From an uncultured delta proteobacterium (lineage in GTDB: Bacteria > Desulfobacterota > Binatia > Binatales > Binataceae), in contig CAVXXK010000005.1 in NCBI GenBank assembly GCA_963765675.1, positions 1 through 64,000 of the forward strand: 64,000 bases of DNA. Reading direction: 5' to 3'. This document shows positions 31,955 through 41,452 of this stretch, in pieces. The first letter of the stretch is position 1. The number at the start of each line of letters is the position of its first letter. The notes below the pieces were generated by a model that worked only from the letters and a program-made list of their open reading frames with translations, was not told the DNA's origin and searched no databases. The position numbers were made by a program, and so were the translations under genes.

Positions 31955-33505
31955 TTAGTGCGCAACCGGGCCGGGCGAGGCGCGGACAGCGCGCTGGAAG
32001 GCCCATTGCCGGATGTGATTGATCTGCTCCTTCATCGAGCGCGAGAGCGGCACTCCCCCGACCGCCGCGTTGACCAGATCGTCCTCGGTCAGGTCGCGCT
32101 CGGCCAGGCGCGCTTTGGTCAGCGCTGAGATCACGCACTGCTCGATCTCGGCGCCGGTCCATCCGCGGGTGAACTCGATGATCTGTTGCAGGTTGAACTG
32201 CGCGGGATCGACGTTGCGGCGGCTCAGATGAACTTTGAAAATCGAGATCCGCTCGTCGTCGTGCGGCAGGTCAACGAAGAAGACTTCGTCGAAGCGCCCC
32301 TTGCGGATCATCTCGGCGGGGAGCAGATCGATTCGGTTCGCGGTCGCGGCGACAAACAAGGCCCGGAAGCCTTTATCCTGCATCCACGTCAGAAAGAATG
32401 CGAAAATACGGCCCTGCTGGCTGCCGGTCTCCGAGGCGGTGATGCCCATCTCGATCTCGTCGAACCACACGATCGCGGGCGCCATGCTCTCGAGCGTGCG
32501 GCACGCCTCTACGAACGCCGCTTCGGGATTACCATGCCTGCCGGAGAAAATTTCGATCATGTCGATCCGGTAGAGCGGGAGCTCGAAGCACGACGCGATC
32601 GCCCTGACCGACAGGCTTTTGCCGCATCCGGGGATTCCCATCACCAGGACGCCTTTGGGCACGATATCGGCGCTCAACTTGTCGCGCTGCTGAAATAATC
32701 GGCGGCGCTCGAGCAGCCACTTCTTGAGGTTCTCGAGACCGCCGATTTCTCCGATATCGGTGCTCTCCGCGACGTAGTCGATAACGCCGCTGCGCTTGAT
32801 CAGGACGCCTTTTTCCTCGAGCAGCGCCGGCATCGATTCGAGTCCCAGCCCGTGCCCGGCCGAGAGAGCGCGGCGAACGGCGTGGCGCGCGTCGTCGAGC
32901 GTCAGTCCCTGCAAAGCTCGCGCGAGCTGGTACAGAATTTCTTCGCTGGTGTCTGCTTTCTTTCCGTTCGGCGAGTTCTGCGCGGTCTCGGATCTGAGGA
33001 ATTCCATCAGCTCGGTCAGGTCAGGCGGCAGAAGGTCGATAACGGCGAAGATCCGCTCGACTTCTTCCGGGATTGCGCGCACCGCCGAGGTGATCACGAT
33101 GAACTTCTGCCGGTCCAGGCAGATCTGGTAGAGGTCGCGGATACGGCGGCGGACTTCCGCGGAGCTTCGCAGCGGTTCGTGAAAATCCTTCAGGTGAAAG
33201 ATCGCAGGTTCGTTGTGCGACGCGATAAAGTCCAGCGCCTCGCGCGGATCAGAGGTGCCGGCTTCCGCCGCGTTGCGCAGCGCGTGGTCGCCAGCCTGTG
33301 CTTCAGCCGCGTCACTGCACAGCCCCTCGGTCAGGCTCCACGTCCAGACCGGAATTGGCTTCGATCCGCCCATCTGCCGCCCGACGTAGCGCAGCAGATC
33401 GCCCACTCGATCCTCTTCCGCGGAGCGCACATAGACCAGCGGCCGTCCGGACGTAAAGATTTCCAAAAACGATGCGGCCGCGCGGCTATTAGCGGGATTT
33501 TCCAT
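31955..33505 (-). CDS. Ycf46-like AAA ATPase
   Basis: IGGLENLKKWL, Walker A GIPGCGKS, Walker B WFDEIE and ATAN..LPAEMIRKGRFDEVFFVDLP. Confidence 0.88.
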   Translation of the reverse strand: MENPANSRAAASFLEIFTSGRPLVYVRSAEEDRVGDLLRYVGRQMGGSKPIPVWTWSLTEGLCSDAAEAQAGDHALRNAAEAGTSDPREALDFIASHNEPAIFHLKDFHEPLRSSAEVRRRIRDLYQICLDRQKFIVITSAVRAIPEEVERIFAVIDLLPPDLTELMEFLRSETAQNSPNGKKADTSEEILYQLARALQGLTLDDARHAVRRALSAGHGLGLESMPALLEEKGVLIKRSGVIDYVAESTDIGEIGGLENLKKWLLERRRLFQQRDKLSADIVPKGVLVMGIPGCGKSLSVRAIASCFELPLYRIDMIEIFSGRHGNPEAAFVEACRTLESMAPAIVWFDEIEMGITASETGSQQGRIFAFFLTWMQDKGFRALFVAATANRIDLLPAEMIRKGRFDEVFFVDLPHDDERISIFKVHLSRRNVDPAQFNLQQIIEFTRGWTGAEIEQCVISALTKARLAERDLTEDDLVNAAVGGVPLSRSMKEQINHIRQWAFQRAVRASPGPVAH

Positions 33506-33783
33506 TTTAAGTCCTGAACCCAATCGCAATAATCAAATCTAACCCTCCGACCGAGCCTGTTCCACTCGACCAGACGCCTCGGCCGGGCTTTGGTTGCTAC
33601 TATCTTACCTCATTCCGAGATGGCGCCTGTCACGGTCGTGGCGTAGACTGCGGCCCAGATTAAGCCGAGGCAATCCTCTCTTCGAATTTCCGCCCGTACA
33701 TAAGCACTTCTCCTTGATGGAATGCGAAACGATGGCTCATGATGCTATCTTCCCGTTAGGCGCACACGGCGGAGGGATCGTTG

Positions 33784-34561
33784 ATGGCGGAATACGTCGA
33801 CATAGAAAAGGCGAGAAGCCTGCCCGGACTGCGAGTAGTCCTGCCGCCGGGAATCCCGGGACCCTGGGGCGAGGCGATCAAGGGCGTCCTGCACGTCAAG
33901 AAGATTCCCTTCATCAAGGTCCGCCACGATCGAGTTGACTACTCTCCGCTCATCCGATGGACCGCACAGGCGAGCACGCCTGTCCTGGTTTACAACGACG
34001 AACGCCCGCGCAGCGTGTGGAACGATCAGATTAACTTTCGCCGAGCGATTGCAGCCCAACCCGCCGCTGGTTCCAGCGGCTCTCGACGATCGCGTGCTGA
34101 TGTTCGGCCTGTGCAATCTGCTTGCTGGCGAGAACGGCTTCGGATGGACGCGGCGGCTGATCATTGTTCAGGGGATGCTGAAAGAATCGGGCGCCGACGA
34201 AGCCGCGCGCAATGCATCGCTCGCGTTCGGAGCCAAGTACGGCTACTCGCCGGAGGCGGCTTTAGCGGCGCCCGCAAAATGCGCGGACATGATCGCGGTC
34301 TTTGCGCGCCGCCTCGAGCGTCAGCAGGCGCTCGGCAGCCGCTTCTTTATCGGCGACCGGATCTCCGCGCTGGATATCTATTGGGCCGCGTTCGCCGCAG
34401 TGATCAAACCGCTCCCCCACGAGCTGTGCCCGATGCGGCAGGGAATGCGAAAGGCTTACGACTGCGCCGATCCTCTGATTCTCGGCGCGATGACGCCGCA
34501 GCTCATGGCGCATCGCGACTTTATCTACCGCGAGTACCTCGAGCTGCCGGTCGATCTGTAG
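33784..34561 (+). CDS. Glutathione S-transferase-like protein (frameshift ~34037)
   Basis: PGPWGEAIKGVLHVKKIP and PVLVYNDE at the N-terminus, with the C-terminal GST motif FFIGDRISALDIYWA. Confidence 0.7.
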
Positions 34562-34637
34562 CTCGCGCAAGCTCCGCCGCTTTGATCGTTCCCCCTGTAG
34601 AGTCGCGGCTGCTTTTCGGTAACATCGATGGATTCAG

Positions 34638-35381
34638 ATGGAGCCCGCGACTGCCACCATGCGATTCATGCCGATAATTCTCGCGTCGGTGACGTTGGTC
34701 TCGACCGGGCTCGGCGGGATGGCGGCGGTCAGGTTTCGTGATCGGCTGCATTTCCTGCTCGGATTCTCCTCCGGTGCCGTAATTGCGGTGGCGTTGTTCG
34801 ACATCCTGCCGGAAGTCTTCGCGATTCACGGCGGGGCCTCGTACATGCCCTTGGCGGCGGTCGGCTTTCTCGCCTTTTTCGGGCTCGAACGGTACACCGC
34901 GATGCATCGGGCGCGCGAACATGTTCATCGGGCCAAAGCGCATGAGCAGGAGCTTGGCGCAATGTCGGCGGCGGGGCTGGTCTTCCACAGCTTCCTCGAC
35001 GGCGTCGCGATTGGAGTTGGATTTCAAACCAGCGCGCAAATCGGACTTCTGATCGCGCTCGGAATTATCACCCACGACTTGAGTGACGGCCTCAACACGG
35101 TGACCGTGGTGCTGGCGCATGAAAATCCGCTGAGGCGCGCGATCTTCTGGCTCGCGCTCGACATGCTTGCGCCGGTGTTCGGCGCCACCGCGACGCTGCT
35201 ACTTAATCTGCACGGAGTGCTGCCCTGGCTGCTGGCCTTTTTCGCCGGCTCGTTCTTGTATATCGGAGCGTCCGACCTCCTGCCGGAAGCCAAGGAGCAC
35301 GATTCGCCATTGGTTGGCGTAGCAACCGCGGCGGGGATGCTCGCGATCCTGCTCGCGACGCGAGCGCTGCACGCCCTTTGA
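34638..35381 (+). CDS. ZIP family divalent metal transporter
   Basis: HSFLDGVAIG, HDLSDG, His-containing loop and AGSFLYIGASDLLPE. Confidence 0.88.
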   Translation: MEPATATMRFMPIILASVTLVSTGLGGMAAVRFRDRLHFLLGFSSGAVIAVALFDILPEVFAIHGGASYMPLAAVGFLAFFGLERYTAMHRAREHVHRAKAHEQELGAMSAAGLVFHSFLDGVAIGVGFQTSAQIGLLIALGIITHDLSDGLNTVTVVLAHENPLRRAIFWLALDMLAPVFGATATLLLNLHGVLPWLLAFFAGSFLYIGASDLLPEAKEHDSPLVGVATAAGMLAILLATRALHAL

Positions 35382-35482
35382 AGCGGACAGCATCTGCCTT
35401 GACCGGCAGGGAACGGTATGGGACTAAGGTCGGGTTTTAGGCGCACGCGTATTCGAATCTGTCTTCCCCGGAGGATCGATAA

Positions 35483-36400
35483 ATGGCCGCTAAAATGGGT
35501 GTCCTGCCACGGATGTCGAATCCCAAGACGGTAACGTATAGCGACGGTCATCCACTCGACGAGGTTCACTATCTCGAATGCAAGCTGATCCTGAAGCCCG
35601 ATCGCTTCATCGCCCCGCCGAGCTTTCACGACTACTCCAAGATCGTGCGGCGTGCGGCCGAAGAGACCGGCGTGGATTTTTCAACCTCGGGCTTCAAGAA
35701 TCTCAAACCGAAGATCAGGGAAGTGGTCTTCCTGGATACCAGGGATTTCGCGCTCTACAACCACGCGTTCATCCTGCGCCGGCGTATCACGTATGAAGAC
35801 GGCTTTCCGATTGGCGAGCCGGAAGTGGTCTTCAAGTTTCGCCATCCGGATTTCGACACCGCGGCGGAACTCGATGTACGCCCGAATATCCGCGGCGAAT
35901 ATCGAATCAAGTTCAAGGCCGAGGCGTTGCCGCTCAAGAACAAGCTTGGCGGCCAGCGAATGCTGTTCTCTCACAACGTGGAATTCGGCCTGAACCAGGC
36001 GCGCGGAGTCGATTCGGCATCGTTGGCGACGCTGGTGAATCTGTTCCCGCTATTGGCGACGCTGAGGAAATCCGGAGCGCAAAAGATCGAGCTCGTGAAC
36101 CACGAGATCGTCGAGGAAGTGCTGCAGGACCTGGGCGAGCTCGATTTCGGCAAAGGCGTCACCGCAAAGTGCAACGCCGCATTGTGGCGGCAACGAGGCG
36201 ATCACAAGCTGCTGGTCGGCGAGTTCTCCTACGAGTGCAAGTTCAAGCGCGAAAACGAGCTTCACGAAAAGGCGATGGAACGATGCAAGCGATTTTTCGT
36301 CGCGCTGCAGCAAATCGGCCGCGAATGGGTCTCGTTAGGCACGACCAAGACCGGCATCGTCTATCGACTGAAAGGCAACCCTCCGCAAGCGCACGAGTAA
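35483..36400 (+). CDS. Hypothetical protein, possibly CYTH/triphosphate-tunnel-like
   Basis: N-terminal YLECKLILK, FLDT..LY...ILRRR, FKFR, EFSY and terminal TKT follow a CYTH-like pattern. The family call is tentative. Confidence 0.5.
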   Translation: MAAKMGVLPRMSNPKTVTYSDGHPLDEVHYLECKLILKPDRFIAPPSFHDYSKIVRRAAEETGVDFSTSGFKNLKPKIREVVFLDTRDFALYNHAFILRRRITYEDGFPIGEPEVVFKFRHPDFDTAAELDVRPNIRGEYRIKFKAEALPLKNKLGGQRMLFSHNVEFGLNQARGVDSASLATLVNLFPLLATLRKSGAQKIELVNHEIVEEVLQDLGELDFGKGVTAKCNAALWRQRGDHKLLVGEFSYECKFKRENELHEKAMERCKRFFVALQQIGREWVSLGTTKTGIVYRLKGNPPQAHE

Positions 36401-36416
36401 CGGCGCTCGCGAATGC

Positions 36417-38039
36417 CTAGTAGGCGGTGTAGGGACCGTTGCCGAGCGGCGAGGACGTGCCCGCCATGCCGATATACACCGAGCGTCCGAAGAAAAACGG
36501 CAGGCCCCAATCAAAGCCGTCGTAGCTGCTGCCGCCGTCGTAGGTTCCGCCAAGGTCGTCGAACGCGGCGTCGTCCGTGTCGAACAGCGTGTTGGCGTCG
36601 GCGACGTTGAAATCGACCACGCCCGTCACCGACGAACCGACGCTCTGGTTGGTCGCGCTCTCAGAGAGCGTCGAGGAGGGGCAGTAAAATCCCGAGCCGT
36701 CTGAGCATTCTTTGATTGAGTTGTCATTGAAGAAGTATCCATTCGAGCCGGTATCGAAGAAGCCGCCCGCCGTGCTGCCGCTAAAGACTGTGTTGATATC
36801 GAGGAAGTTCTCGCTCTCGGTGTCGGAATTTGCCTGGAAAGTCTTTACCGAACCCGGCTGGTTGTCACTTTCGGTCCCGATACCAAAGTAGAGCGTGCCG
36901 CTGGCCGTCGCTTCGCCGCCGGCGGAAATCGACGGCAGGCTCACCATCACGCCGTTGTTATCAACCGGGAATGCCGCGATCGGGTTTGGAACGATGTCGC
37001 CGTTGGGCGCGCTGTCGAGAAGCGAGCAATCGCCACCCGAGCAATCGAAGTACTCAGTGAAAATGGCGTCGTTGGAGTACGGGCCGATACCAAAAATGCC
37101 GTTGAAGCCAGCGTCTTCCGGCGCCGCGATCAACTCCGTTCCCTCTGTGCAGTCGCGCGGCGCCGACGCGAACGCGTCGTTATCGTCCATCACCTGGATC
37201 GGAATCGTAATCTTGGGTTCACCCGCGACGGTTACATCGACGGTCGAGACCGCACCCCAGGTCGATCCAGAGCCGAAGAACGCGCATTCGCCGACCTCTT
37301 CACCCTTGTTGCTGTTCGGAACAATACCCAGACCGCTGATTTGCGATCCGTAAATACGCAATCCGAACGATCCGGTATCGACCAGTACGTTGTTGACCGT
37401 CGTACAATTGCTGCTTCCCGTCGCACAGATTGTCAGCGACACGAATGGCATATCGACCGTGCCGTAAGGTCCCGGGTTCACCGACATCGGGAGTGCGTTA
37501 GACGTCATTGGCGAAGGCGTTGCGGTCGGCGTCGGCGTCGGACCGCCCGGAGTCGGAGTAGGACCCGACGGGGTCGGCGTCGGACCGACGAAAGTTGGTG
37601 TCGCGACCGGTCCCTTCGCGTTGCCGTGCAGATGAACTATCTCGAATTCGTTTGCGGGTTTGCATCCGCTGCAATCGACCTCGAGCTCAGCTTCCACCGG
37701 GCCCTTGGCGGTCGGAGCGAACTCGATCGAGATAGCCTCCTCGGCGCCCGGTGCCAGCGAATACGATCCTCCACCCGCGACTAAGCTGAACGGAGCAGGC
37801 GGCTCGCTCACTGTGACGTTCGCGTCGATATCGCCGGTGTTCCTGATCGTCAGCGATTTGATCGTCGCGACTTTGACGATTCCGAATCCGATCGATTTCC
37901 GCGAAAACGCCAGATGCGCATTGGAGGTCTGCGCGGCTGCCGTATCGGCTCCGGACACGTGCTGCGCGAGCGCGGCAGTCGCGATCATCGCGGAGCAGGT
38001 AACTAACACGAACGCTGCCCGGGCAATCGATCTCTTCAT
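36417..38039 (-). CDS. Secreted DUF3443 protein with N-terminal Ig-like (ASH/choice-of-anchor D) domain and Pro/Thr linker
   Basis: Signal peptide, PTPTP linker, PFVSLTIC, VLVDTGSFGLR, FFDTGSNGYFF and FDWGLPFFFGRSVY. Confidence 0.85.
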   Translation of the reverse strand: MKRSIARAAFVLVTCSAMIATAALAQHVSGADTAAAQTSNAHLAFSRKSIGFGIVKVATIKSLTIRNTGDIDANVTVSEPPAPFSLVAGGGSYSLAPGAEEAISIEFAPTAKGPVEAELEVDCSGCKPANEFEIVHLHGNAKGPVATPTFVGPTPTPSGPTPTPGGPTPTPTATPSPMTSNALPMSVNPGPYGTVDMPFVSLTICATGSSNCTTVNNVLVDTGSFGLRIYGSQISGLGIVPNSNKGEEVGECAFFGSGSTWGAVSTVDVTVAGEPKITIPIQVMDDNDAFASAPRDCTEGTELIAAPEDAGFNGIFGIGPYSNDAIFTEYFDCSGGDCSLLDSAPNGDIVPNPIAAFPVDNNGVMVSLPSISAGGEATASGTLYFGIGTESDNQPGSVKTFQANSDTESENFLDINTVFSGSTAGGFFDTGSNGYFFNDNSIKECSDGSGFYCPSSTLSESATNQSVGSSVTGVVDFNVADANTLFDTDDAAFDDLGGTYDGGSSYDGFDWGLPFFFGRSVYIGMAGTSSPLGNGPYTAY

Positions 38040-38554
38040 TTCACTACCGCTTCGGGATCGACGCCCGACGGAACCAGGCTCGGCGCGTAGGCGCGGCCGG
38101 TCAGGTTGCCCATATGGCCGGTTAGATAAACGACGGAATTAGGACCCGCGATCACAGCGTGATGCAGCCCGATCGGACCCTTATGTGCCCGCGCCGCCGC
38201 TTGATATTCCGGATAATACGAGCCCAGCAGCACGCTCAGATCGGGCGGCCGGTGCCCTTGCCATGCGACGCCGAATACCGGACCGGAGCGAGCGGAATAT
38301 TCGCGCACCGTGACTCCGTTGCCGGTGACAAATGATTGAGTGGAGAACTTCGCGGGCTGTGCCGACTGAGTTGTAGCGGCCGATTGCGAAACCGCCGGCG
38401 ACATTTTACCCGCCATCGCGGAGGCGTCGGCCGTGACCGATGCGGCATCGCCGCCTAGTCCGGCACGCGCGGGAATCGATCCGATGATTAGAACGCTCCC
38501 AGCCAGAAGCGCTGCGACAGCAAGTTTTCCGCCCCGTACACCGACCGTCTTCAT
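38036..38554 (-). CDS. DUF2844 family secreted protein
   Basis: Signal peptide ARAGLGG, VREY, VFGVAWQG..PDLSVLLGSY and GHMGNLTGRAY. Overlaps the DUF3443 start (ATGA). Confidence 0.85.
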   Translation of the reverse strand: MKTVGVRGGKLAVAALLAGSVLIIGSIPARAGLGGDAASVTADASAMAGKMSPAVSQSAATTQSAQPAKFSTQSFVTGNGVTVREYSARSGPVFGVAWQGHRPPDLSVLLGSYYPEYQAAARAHKGPIGLHHAVIAGPNSVVYLTGHMGNLTGRAYAPSLVPSGVDPEAVVK

Positions 38555-38749
38555 TTTCAAACCTGCAACGCCGAGCTGTCGGCGTGGTAGCACATGGTCT
38601 CTAGAGAAGACGTTCGGGATTGAGCTTTCGTTGCACCTCGCCGGAGAAAAAAACTACCTTCCGTTTTTTATGAATGAAATTTAAGTTACTGAGTATTTTT
38701 TTCTTTCGCGGATAATCTTATGTATTCTGCGGCTCAAATTTCGTCATAG

Positions 38750-39559
38750 TCAGCGCAGATCGGCAGGGGTTTGTCCCTCGACGACGCGCTTGGCGATTTT
38801 CACGACTACCGAGCGCGGCGCCAGGCGCACGAAATTTGCGCGCACCCAGTTGAACCATCCCGAGATTACCGACGGATGCTTTCCCAGCGCGTCGAAGGTC
38901 ACCCGCACGACGTTCTCCGGCGGCTCGCCGTGGTTGGGACCGACGCTCTCTCCCGCGACCTGCTGAAACTCGGTCGCGGTCGATCCCGGCTCGAGAACGA
39001 TCGCGTCGACGCCGGTCCCGCGCAGCTCGCCCCATAGACCCTCGCCGAACAGCAGATCGAATCCCTTGGTCGCGCTGTACACCGCATGCAGCGGGAGCGG
39101 TTGGCGTCCCGCGACCGAGCCTACGACAATCACCGCGCCGCGCCCGCGCTTCAGCATCCCGGGCAGAATCCTGCTGGTCAGGACGACCGGAACCTCGCAG
39201 TTGACGCGGACCATCATCCGAAGGCGCTCGGTGTCGAGCTTGTCGAAACGGCCCGCGTAGCCGAAGCCCGCGTTGTTAACGAGGATCGCGATCGGCAAAT
39301 CCGCGACCGCACTCGCGAGCCGGTCGGCGCCATCGACGGCGGCAAGATCGGCGGCGACGACGCGAGTCTCGATTTTGTATCGATCGCGCAGCTCGGCCGC
39401 GAGCGCGTTCAGCCGATCCTCGCGGCGCGCGGTCAGCACCACGGACAGGTTCTCGCGCGCGAGCGCGCGGGCGAATTCGAGCCCGATTCCGGCAGACGCG
39501 CCCGTGACCAGAGCCCAGTCGCCATAGCGCTGCCGCAGGTTCCATCGTGATTCAGCCAT
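38750..39559 (-). CDS. SDR oxidoreductase (DltE-like)
   Basis: TGASAGIG, NNAG and YSATK. Confidence 0.9.
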   Translation of the reverse strand: MAESRWNLRQRYGDWALVTGASAGIGLEFARALARENLSVVLTARREDRLNALAAELRDRYKIETRVVAADLAAVDGADRLASAVADLPIAILVNNAGFGYAGRFDKLDTERLRMMVRVNCEVPVVLTSRILPGMLKRGRGAVIVVGSVAGRQPLPLHAVYSATKGFDLLFGEGLWGELRGTGVDAIVLEPGSTATEFQQVAGESVGPNHGEPPENVVRVTFDALGKHPSVISGWFNWVRANFVRLAPRSVVVKIAKRVVEGQTPADLR

Positions 39560-39815
39560 TCGCGATGCCTCCGATTTCCCGTCTCAGATTTCTCCCCCAT
39601 TGTCTGACATGGGCAAGGATTAAAGGAGGGGGTGCAGCAACAAATTTAGCTAGATGCAAACTCGACAGAAACTGTGAATCTCTGCTTTACCAGCCACTGA
39701 CTATCTGAAGCTTCAGCTCCGCCTCGATTGGATATACGTGCAGCTCCAGGAGGTTCGACAGCGCCGGTGGCGTTCGGGTAAGAGTAGCTGAGCGATACAT
39801 CGGAGGCTCATCCAT

Positions 39816-41405
39816 ATGGCATCGGCTACTCTGCGCGAGGCGCAACCGGTCGTCGAAACGACCTGCGGCAAAGTTCGCGGAAAAATCGCCGGGGATGTCA
39901 GCGTCTTCAGAGGAGTTCCGTACGGCGCTTCGACCGCGGGCAAGAATCGCTTCATGCCGCCGGTCGCGGCGCCCGCGTGGACAGGTGTGCGCGACGCGTT
40001 CGAGTACGGACCGAGCGCGCCACAGAATCCCTCCTCGATGCGCGGCAAGGTCGATCCGCGTAGCGGGTTCGCCGCGTATGGCGATGCTGACGGCATCGCG
40101 GAAAGCGAAGACTGCCTTGTTCTCAATGTATGGACGCCCTCACCGGGCGACGGCGGCAAGCGGCCCGTGATGTTCTGGTGCCACGGCGGCGGTTTCGCGG
40201 CGAGCTCGGGTTCGCCCCTGATGTACGCCGGGGAGAGGCTGGCCAGTCGAGGCGACGTGGTGGTGGTGACCGTCAACCATCGCCTCGGCTCACTTGGATA
40301 TAGCTATATCGCGGGAGTTGGTGGCGAGCGGTTTGCCTCGTCGGTCAACGTCGGGATGCTCGATCTGGTCGCGGCGCTTAAGTGGGTCCGCGACAATATC
40401 GCGCGGTTCGGCGGCGACCCGGGTTGCGTCACGATCTTCGGCGAATCGGGAGGAGGCGCGAAGGTCTCGACTCTGCTCGCGATGCCGTCGGCCAAAGGAC
40501 TCTTTCATCGCGCGGTGATCCAGAGCGGTCCCGGCTTTCGGATGCTCGAGACCAATAGTGCGATCGAGACCGCCGACATGCTGCTCGGCGAGTTGGGACT
40601 CGACCGCGCCCGCGTCGGCGAAATCCAGAACCTCTCGGTGCATCGGATTCTCGCGGCCGAGGCCGCGGTCGAGCGCAAGCTCGGCCGGCGCGTCGTCGGA
40701 TTCCGGCAAGGCTTCGCACCGGTGGTCGACAGACAGACGCTCGAACAGCATCCGTTCGATCCGAAAGCGCCGGCGATATCCGCCGGCGTGCCGGTGATGA
40801 TCGGATACAACCGCACCGAAACGACGCTGTTCCTGGCCGGCGACCGCGAAGCGTTCTCCCTCGACGAGGCGGGGCTTCAGCGCCGCGTCAAGTTTTTGCT
40901 GCGCGACAATTCCGAACGCGTCATAGAGGAGTTCCGCGCCGCAAATCCGGGCGCGACCGCGTCGGAACTTTTCTTCCTGATCGGCACCGAATTTCCGACC
41001 GGCGCGTTCTCGCGCAAAATCGCGCAGCGCAAGAGTGAGCAAGGTGCTGCTCCGGCTTATCTCTACCGCTTCGACTGGGAGACGCCGATCGCGGGCGGCA
41101 GAATGAAATCGCCGCACGCGCTCGAAATCACTTTCGTGTTCGATCACGCGGGCGAGCCGCTCGCGCCACGGCTTGCGCCCGACAGTCCCGAGGTTCACGC
41201 CCTCGCGGCCGAGATGAGCAGCCGCTGGATCGCGTTTGCGCGCAGCGGCAATCCGAACACCGGAAATGCGCCGCGCTGGCCCGAGTATTCCGCCGACGGA
41301 CGCGCGACGATGATCTTCAATAGCAAGAGCAGGGTCGAGAACGATCCTGCGCGCCAGGAGCGGCTCGCGATCGATCGCGTCCTGTTCCCGTCGGAAACCG
41401 CGTGA
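39816..41405 (+). CDS. Type B carboxylesterase/lipase
   Basis: SEDCLVLNVWTP, HGGGF, FGESGGG and PHALE. Confidence 0.92.
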   Translation: MASATLREAQPVVETTCGKVRGKIAGDVSVFRGVPYGASTAGKNRFMPPVAAPAWTGVRDAFEYGPSAPQNPSSMRGKVDPRSGFAAYGDADGIAESEDCLVLNVWTPSPGDGGKRPVMFWCHGGGFAASSGSPLMYAGERLASRGDVVVVTVNHRLGSLGYSYIAGVGGERFASSVNVGMLDLVAALKWVRDNIARFGGDPGCVTIFGESGGGAKVSTLLAMPSAKGLFHRAVIQSGPGFRMLETNSAIETADMLLGELGLDRARVGEIQNLSVHRILAAEAAVERKLGRRVVGFRQGFAPVVDRQTLEQHPFDPKAPAISAGVPVMIGYNRTETTLFLAGDREAFSLDEAGLQRRVKFLLRDNSERVIEEFRAANPGATASELFFLIGTEFPTGAFSRKIAQRKSEQGAAPAYLYRFDWETPIAGGRMKSPHALEITFVFDHAGEPLAPRLAPDSPEVHALAAEMSSRWIAFARSGNPNTGNAPRWPEYSADGRATMIFNSKSRVENDPARQERLAIDRVLFPSETA

Positions 41406-41452
41406 GGGGCTGAGTATCTAGTACTGAGACGCGTCGCAATCTGAGAATCCGC

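Noticed and set aside
37510-37610. GTCGGCGTCGG tandem repeats as a regulatory or phase-variable tract
   Set aside because: They are explained by the Pro-Thr linker of the DUF3443 protein.
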